This document shows positions 48,766 to 56,760 of a stretch of 56,760 bases of DNA, piece after piece. Position 1 is the first letter of the stretch; every line of letters begins with the position of its first letter. The DNA comes from Spirogloea muscicola. Lineage: Eukaryota. The position numbers and the translations under genes were made by a program. The stretch covers positions 760,604 through 817,363 of the forward strand of contig WELB01000025.1 in the NCBI GenBank assembly GCA_009602725.1, read 5' to 3'. The notes below the pieces were generated by a model, which was not told where the DNA came from, made no database searches, and saw nothing but the letters and a program-made list of their open reading frames with translations.

Positions 48766-49371
48766 AGTGTTGGCCTTGTCTGTGCAAGGTCCGCTTTTGC
48801 AGCTGCGGATTCTTCAGAGCCTTGTCCTAGGACAGAATCTCTGAGTTTGGCATTAGCGTTGCCGCTTTCTCAAGCAGAAGCTCTTATGAGCAGCCAAGCT
48901 TGAGAGAAGCACCGTTTGTTGCAGCTATGTTGGTGATGAATGGCTATCCAGCCCACTAGGCACGTGGGTTGTGACACATGTGCAGTTGATATTCAGTCTG
49001 TAGCTGGTCAAAGCGAGATAGCTGTATAATTTTTACAGGGGGCTTGCCTTCGTGCATGTAACTATGTGATAGAGCTGTAATGAGTGATGGAGGGCCAAGT
49101 ACAGAGGCAAGCACATCTTTTCAAGATATACATTACCCTGCAACGGTTGCTTAGGTGTTCTGTCCATAAACATATCTTCATTGGCCATCAGACTTTCTTA
49201 GGAGATCAGTACTTGATCAGGACAAACCATGTAATCACATATGCCCTTATGCATAATGTGCTTCGAGGCAGCACAAGCCAAATGCTTATATTACATGATC
49301 AGAGGGCCACATACCCTGTCTCTAATCTAGTCCTGTGCAGACCCTTGTTATCTTGTATACCTACAACAAGC

Positions 49372-51900
49372 TCATGTGGTCCTCCTTGTAAATCGAACAA
49401 TGTACTTGTACACTGTTGTGGGTTTGTCCGCCATCATGAGGCCAAGGACGTCCATTGAGGAAAGCCCCTGGCCATTCGACCCTGCAGCCCCTCCCACCAG
49501 AGGATACATTGCAATTCGCTGAAACGCCTGCATGACGTAGATTGAAAAGCTCAGCCAGCTGCTTTCGTCATAGTTGCACAATGCTGCACAGAGAGAAGAG
49601 CACAACGAAACAGCAAGGTCATCAGGCCTTGCGCACAGCAAAAGGCACATGCTTGGTACAGCTCATTGCAAGTCCACAGCGCACAGGACAACAGCCAGGG
49701 GCCAGACAGCAAGCATCTTGTCTATGGCTCTGCTCGTGCCCCTTGCCACACCTGTGCACAAGATATTAGCTGTCTAGACCTGCTAAGATAGAGCAGGACT
49801 GTGCACCTCGATATTGTCCACGTGCCTCGCTGTGGCATCCCATCGATATCTTGTCAAATTTCTACTGGCCTGCACCAAGAAGGTGAATTTGATCAAGCTC
49901 AAAGGCAGCCCATAAAGTAGTGAAGACTGGGGCCCTGAGCTTGACGTTCACAAAGGCAGTGCTCCTGCTCCTGTGAGCAAGGGAAGGCATACAAGCACAA
50001 GGCTACACTTCCAGTGGAACTTTTTTGTTCCAAGAATATCCAGCCAGAGTTGGTCTCTTTGTGCTACTTTTTGCCGGCATTATGCTGCATCTTAAGTCAT
50101 AACCAGACCTTTACTGATGGAGGCCCGTTGACTCTTGTGCTGTTGTCAAAGACCTGATAACAAACAAAAAAGTTGACATATCAGCCTCATACATTGGAAC
50201 TAGCACTGCAGCCGAGGATTAACACATCAAAAAGGAAAAACACAATGTGCACAGAAGCAACTTCTGAGAATTCTGAGAATACACCAGGACTTGGCAAGTT
50301 GCAAGGTTCAGGCACTGAATGGAGCGGCAGGTTGGAGAGGCGCCGCAGAAGAGGAGGGATAAGGTGGGGCGTGCCTGTTTTGAGTACTCAGAGGTGTCAA
50401 ACTGGCCAGGAGCAGACAGCTCAAAGGAGCGCTTGGTGATCAAGCTCTCCACCTGCAGCTCTTCCCAAGTGAAGAAAGTCGTGCATGACCAGGTTCAACA
50501 CGCAGCCCTAAGTGTTTCGATTGTTGGTGCATAAAGCAGATGCAGCAAGCAGGGACCAGCAATGCCCGACGAAGTACAGACGCAGTGAATGCTAGCACCA
50601 GCATGCCGTGCTGATAATCGTCAGATCCAGTAGGCAGAGGCACAATGATACTTGGGCTCTGGAGGGAAAGCTTGGATCTGACAATGGGGCCGAAGAGCAC
50701 ATGGACATCCTGATGGGCACCTTGAGACCGCCCTCCAGTGTGAGCACGAGGCGATTGGGGGACTTGGGCGACCACTTGCCCTCCTTGATGTACCCTGGTC
50801 CGACGGACGCCTCCACCAGCGACTGCACAAGCAGTGTGACCAACAAGTTCATCCAATTTTAAGCGCTGTTTTCCCAACAGCCCAATAAGCTTCAAGGTAA
50901 GCGAATCTGTAAGTGCAAACCGTGCCAGCAGAGAAAGAGGTGCACCGTGGTCGTGAACAGGCGGTCGCCGATGACGTATCCACCAAAGGGCACAAACTTG
51001 GCCGCATAGTTGGTGGTCGTGTTCAGCTGCTTGCGGGCCTGCTGCACAGTCCTGACGTCCGCGACCTCGTCGCCCTGCAAGGGGCACGTCAAGGCAAAGT
51101 ATGTGCTATGCAACTTGTACAAAGCGGCTGGAGCCTGGGCAGCCGAGAGCTTCTGTCGACACCGGAGGCCAGTGAATGGCAAGCCCGAGACAACGCAAAC
51201 ATGAGCCCGAGGCATGCGCATGCCGTGTTGGACGTAGGCACAGGCGGACCTGGGGGGTGTCAACGGCGATCAGCGTCGAATGGCAGTCCCAGGTGCCTTC
51301 AAAGATGCTGCAGAAATGCCGCAGCGCATCAACCGGTGCCACGAGACCAATCTCGTGTACTGGGCGAATGCCCACGATCGAGATTATGAAGCTCTAAGGC
51401 TGAGTGAACAAATATTCGCTTGTAGACACCGTCAAAGCCTCACAAGTCCCAGCTTGCTAAACCCTGAGTCCCAGAACACTGCCGAAGTCCCATGGCCTCA
51501 AGGAGGTCCGAGAGGAAGCCCAGAACCCAGAGTCTCAGAACACTGCCAAAGTCCCACGGCCTCAAGTAAGGTCCAGACGAAGCCCAGACCGACTCGGGCG
51601 AGACGAGGGGCCCGTCGGAAGCGGCGCACTTTGGATAGTAGATGTCGGGGTCGCCGATGCCGAGGCCCCGCAGCAGCATGTTGCCAGCGGGGCCCCGCTC
51701 CGCGGCGGCCGCCGCCGCCGTCGCCGCCGCCGGAAGGGGCACCGCCGCCGCCGCGNAGTGCGGGGGGCCTTGCCGGGCCTCCTTCTCAGCTCCCCTCGTC
51801 CGTTGAGGGCGCCCGGAGGAGGCGGTCCAAGGCCGGTGGCGACGCCGGCGCCGGCGACGGCGGCGGCGGCGGCGGCGGCGACGGCGGCGGCGGCGGCCAT
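49372..51900 (-). CDS. DUF6816-like plant/cyanobacterial protein, probably thylakoid-targeted
   Basis: Ala-rich transit peptide, then GIGDPDIYYPK|IFEGTWDCHSTLIAVDTPQ; YAAKFVPFGGYVIGDRLFTTT; WSPKSPNRLVLTL; FDTSEYSKQ; NLTRYRW; IEAFQRIAMYP; KPTTVYKYIVRFTR. The gene is clear, but the family assignment comes from remembered motifs. Confidence 0.7.
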
Positions 51901-52079
51901 GATGGCGGCGCTTGCTATGTACCAGACTAGGGTTCTCGCTAGTATCAGGGTTTAAGCAGATATGAAGGATTGCTGTTAGAAGAGGCTGTGTGAACCATCC
52001 AGGTGCATATGGATGGTCTAAGCGGAACGAGACTGCCCACATCAGGCTGCCAAGCTGGGACCTCGCCAAATGTTCGACG

Positions 52080-52278
52080 TGAAGAAGCAGCTTCATTTCC
52101 AAAGGGGGGCGAGGGCTGTGAAAAGTCAGCCCACAGACGATAGAACACGTCCAAGTGAACAAGGTCGACTTTGACTCGGCCTGTTGACACTTGACTGTGA
52201 ACGAGAGAAGAAGTGGCTCTCCCAATGGGGGCAAGGGCTGTGAGAAGTCAGCCCGAAAAGAATTGACAAGGTTCAAGA
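52080..52278 (+). repeat. Two copies of the dispersed intergenic repeat
   Basis: GAAGAAG..GGGGGC(G/A)AGGGCTGTGA(A/G)AAGTCAGCCC..ACAAGGT at 52081-52168 and 52206-52276. Confidence 0.8.
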
Positions 52279-52990
52279 GAAAGGCTGCTGATAACCACGA
52301 ACAAGAACATAGTCATCTATCATTGAAGGTACTTTCTTCCGCCAGCCCTCCAGCCTAGTGCATACCAAGGACGCTTCTTAAGTGTATCTACAGCACATGG
52401 ATCCGCAGGCTGGGGCTCAGGGCTTACATAGTTCCGCATCAGCGACAATAAGTCAGATGAGCTGAGGGGAGGAGGGACTTACCCACCGCGCAAGTCAGTG
52501 GCTGCTGCAAGAATACGATCAGTACGGCGGGCAAGCGACTGGGGACGGCGAATGTTTGCGCTCTAGACAACATGACTGTCTACCTGGAGGTCCTACAATC
52601 TGGTATTTAGGCTGCCCAGCGGTGCTGAGGATGTACGCCGGCTAAGTGAATGTTGTGTTGCCAGTTACTACAGACGCACATCTTGACACCAGTTCCAAAG
52701 AGGCTGGCGGCGACAGTAAGTAAAGCACCAACCTGCAGCAGCAAGGTGGATGCCTTTGGGCATCCATGCTGCAGCTAATTCAGCTCACAGCTTCTGTTAC
52801 AATCAAAAAGGTAACTGGACGCGAGCGCAAGCTTAGCAGCCCCAGTGTCCAGCTAAAGACCATGTCTGAGCACCTTATACTGACAGGCACTCCAACAGAA
52901 GCCAGACAAATGCAAGTGGAAGCTCAATTTGAGAGGTAGAAAGCGCAGGCAGGGCAATGGCCAGCCTTGCACCACGGCTCCTTGAGGTGC

Positions 52991-55900
52991 TCAGACATGG
53001 TCTGCTCGCTCCCGGGCCATCCCCCCATTAGACAGCTCGTCATCCGGAGTCACGCCGGTTGTTCGCACGTGGTGCCCAACAGCCGCCTGCTGCTTCCTGA
53101 AGTGATCAGGGGCATACAGCTTCATTCCGGCCTCCTCACCATTGTACGCAGAGCTGCCACAAAGGTGCAAGAGATGTCAGCAAAAAGATACAGCTAGCTT
53201 CAGATGTCACTTGCTAATTACACTGGAGTACTTCTGTAGGTACAGAGAGTCGCCAAGGCGAATCTGGCTCACAAACACTGCGCTTGCAGAAATGTAGAAG
53301 CACGCCGCAAGCCGCCACCATCTAAGAGCTCTTGCGAGCCGCCGCAGTGCTGCTGCATGGCACACTTGCAGTTGCTGCTGCAGTGACGGCTCCTCACCCT
53401 CCGTGCCGCGTGGTGTCCATGCCAGCAATCTCGTCATCCGGTGAAATGCGGAGGAGGTTGAAGCGGTGGAGGAGGAAGAAGAGGGGGCCCATAGTGACCG
53501 AAACCCAAGCCACGACGCAGATAATGAGGAGGAGCTGCGCAGCCAAGAGCTTGCCGCCGCCACCCTGAAGGAGGCCATACGGTGTCCCGCTGCCCCGACT
53601 GTACGCCTGCAACCATCACGGCATCAAGCATCTGCTATTACTGGGGTGTATACTAAGAACGGCTACCGACTAACTCTGCACGCCTTCCTTGACAAGGTTG
53701 GCAAGCAGTATTAACAAAGGCACCTTATAGAACGTAAAGTCTGCAGCTCTTGCATTTCGATTAATGGGAGGCTCACTCACCTCCATCACGAATTCCTTCT
53801 TGGCCAGCAGGCCGACACAGATGAGGCCCCAGGCCCCACAGCCGCCGTGCAGCTGCGCAGCCTGCAGGGGGTCATCAAACTGCACCCAGCACCAGAGGCA
53901 GCCCTTAGATCAGCTTATACAATCTGCACTCAGGGCTTGTAGGAGCTTTGACTTCCTTCCGAAAAGGACTTGCCAATGTCACATGACTTGCCAAAGTCAG
54001 ACCCCGAAATCACCAGAGAGACTACTGGGCCTAGCATGGAGGAGTTGAGGCGTACTTACGTGGAGCTTCTCGCTCAGCAATACAAGGCCCATCAGGACCC
54101 AGGCCGCCACAAATCTGCACATTAAGACCGAGGCAGCAGCCTGTGAGGGTGCCATTGGCAGCGGCACCACATTGAGAGGTGAAGTGCAAGGATGTCAACG
54201 CACAACTACGAGGTACAAAAAGCTGCTGCGAAGAGGACAATGTCAGGTCTCTATCTGAGTGCACCCGCAGAGGATGGCAGCCCAGGGCTCAAGCACGTGG
54301 CAGCCAGCGGTGATGGCTGCAAAGCCACCTAAGAGGCCATTGCAAACGTCGAGCACACTCCAGTGGCCGTCAAGCGCGCGCTTTCCAAAGAGTGTGGTGA
54401 CGGCTGCCGCCGACCCCGCGAGCGTCGTTGTCACCGCCGCCCGGCCGATGAAGGTCCAGTTGCCCTGTCACACCAGCAAGGCTAGCAGCGCTTAGAGCAA
54501 GCGCCAATGCCCAGACTTTTGCGATTGCAGCAAAATCATGGCCAGCTTGAATTCAGCAGCTCTCATTTGCAAGTCTGTCTGCAAGCTTGTAAGCAATTGC
54601 CATGCGAGGTGCAGATGGAAGTCGGGCTAGTTTTGAATGGAAGTCAAAGTGTGAGCAAGGGTTAGCAAAGAGAGCAGAAGAGTTCCTGTACACTGACCTG
54701 AGTGTCCGTATAATTGGGCGTGATACGGAGGAACGAGCCGGGGTTGAATCCATACCAGCCGAACCAGAGCAAGAACGTGCCGAGCACCACCAATGCCGCA
54801 CTGTGTGCCTTCATGCTCACCACCTAAGCTTCCACATTGCCGTCATTGCCGCAGCATGGATGAGGTCGTGGCCAGAGGGGCGACTGCGGTCGGTGACAGC
54901 CGTGAGGCACGCCACTGTGATAGCATGCGTGGTGAGGAAGCCACCCAGACTTGCCACACTTGTAGATGCAAATATGACACTTAGTGCTTAAATTGAGAAT
55001 GATCATGGCCGCATTTGGTGGGTGGTAGATGCTGGTGGGCCCACCTTGCCACCCTTGTCGAAACGGCCAATGCGGGGGCCCTCAATGAGAGCGCCCCAGA
55101 GGCCCGCGATGCCGCCAACCATGTGCACAACGCCGGAGCCCGCCCAATCCATGGCACCAGTGCGGAAGAGCAGCTGGTCTGTGTTGGTCGCAGATAACCA
55201 GCCGTCCGCCGACCACACCCAGTGTGACACAATTGGATACACAAAGCCCGTGAGGAAGCACGAGTAGATGAGGTATGCCGAGAATTGCGTGCGCTCGGCG
55301 ATTGAGCCCGACGTGATGCCCGCCGCTGCAATGGCAAAGGCCCACTGCACGCGCGCACAGCAGTGAGGCAGGAGAGGTGAAGAAATATGAGTCGAGGAGA
55401 AGCAAATGGGGGACTTTTAGGAGGGCCGCGGAGGGAGGGGGGGAAAGGGAGGTGGAGGAAGGAGGTGAGACAGCTGGTGAAGGTAGGGAGTGAGAGAGAG
55501 AACAGAGAGAGAAAGTGACGAAAGAAACGGCAGGAGTAACGAGAGGCCAAGGTCGTCAGTCGATTCGCGGCCGTCCAACCGCGGCCAATGCGAGAGCTTG
55601 CAAAGTGTGCGCCTCGGCAGAGGCGGTGCTGGGAGTGCTGCGGCGAGCCCCACAGACCTGGAAGAGGAAGAAGCTGTAGTCGAAGGTGTTGTGATAGTCG
55701 GGGACGTGGTGCAGGGCGAAGTAGTTGGTGCCGATGAAGCCGTTGCGGTTGGCGCCCCGGCCGAACGCAAAGCCGAAGCCGAAGAGGTAGTAGGAGAGGC
55801 CGCCGCAGGCAGCGTCCAGCAGGTTGGTGAGCATGATGTTCATCGTGTTCTTGGCCCGCACCGTGCCCGCGCACAGCATCGCGAAGCCCAGCTGCCCTCT

Positions 55901-56228
55901 CCCCACCAACGCGCGGCTCGTCAGGCCGGGTCCCACTTGCAATGTCGCCCGCATTGTCAGGCGGACACCGCCGGGACCCGGCAATGGGTGCCGGCGGGGG
56001 CTGGGAGGGAGGCGCGACCTGCATGGCGAAGACGAGGTAGGCAGAGAAGAGGAGGAAGGTGTTGTCGAGCGCAATCTGGGTCCACTGCAGCTGGACGCCC
56101 AGCAGGTCGAGCTTGGAGCAGAGGAGCTGCGCAGCGGGGCCGCCCGCGGCCGCCGTCAGGTTGGCCAGCTCCCCGGCCTGGCACTGGAACGGGTACGAGT
56201 ACAGCGTCGGCGCCGCGTACGACGCCAT
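52991..56228 (-). CDS. AMT1: Ammonium transporter, AMT1 family, 9 exons
   Basis: [161 protein letters not shown]; stop TGA at 52991-52993. Confidence 0.96.
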
Positions 56229-56248
56229 GGCGGCGACAGGACGGCGAG

Positions 56249-56281
<33 letters not shown>

Positions 56282-56760
56282 TCCGCCGCCGCCGCAAGGG
56301 GAATGGGATTGGGGGGGTGTGTTCTGGCGGCGGGAGGGGGCGGCTAAGGGTTTACATACGGCGGAGGGGGGGAGTGGAAGAAAGCGGCTGCTGATATGAA
56401 AGAATCGGCTGTGAAATGCCAGCCAGATGCATACAGGTGTTCATGACGGAGCCAAAGGCTAGGCAGACAGGGCGCCCTTAATACCCCCGTGTCAGCAGTA
56501 GGAAGTCAGATGAGCTGAGGGGAGGAAGAGCAACCCCGCTGCGCAAGCCAGAGGCTGCTGCAAGGGCGCGACCAGCGCGGCGGTGCAAAGCAAGCGCTTG
56601 GGAGCGCTGCAGGGACATAGACAGTCGCATACGGTAGCAGGACACCAGACCCAAAGGCACCGAGCCACCGGGAAGGGCAGCACCCTGCTCCCGGCGCCGC
56701 TGGTCAGCTTGAGAGGCCAGCAGCGAAAGTAACGAGGACCACCGACCCCCGTAACACCCA

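Overview
Gene-dense, intron-rich eukaryotic nuclear DNA with GC-rich (GCC)n islands and small assembly gaps at gene 5' ends. The protein families point to a streptophyte green alga or early-diverging plant lineage (inference; Zygnematophyceae-like). I reconstructed exons by eye for 14 protein-coding genes: UTP25 (5'-partial), an mTERF, SKA1, Era GTPase, NAA10, three EXORDIUM/Phi-1-like genes, a UTr2/4-type nucleotide-sugar transporter, PPT, acylphosphatase, a FLOE/DUF1421 prion-like protein, a DUF6816-like protein and AMT1. The most striking feature is a cluster (17.9-32.3 kb) of three diverged, apparently secreted EXORDIUM proteins. Each is fused through an extensin-like Pro-rich stalk to a C-terminal 9-cysteine domain resembling peritrophin-A/CBM14 chitin-binding domains, an architecture I do not know from land-plant EXO proteins. 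Non-coding features include two C/D-box snoRNAs (U18 and a U95-like guide) in an apparently non-coding host locus, a mitochondrial-type tRNA-Arg fragment in an intron, a perfect 19-bp inverted repeat covering the AMT1 stop codon, and a dispersed intergenic repeat family. No CRISPR, rRNA or transposase ORF was seen. Coordinates are hand-counted and splice models have no transcript support.
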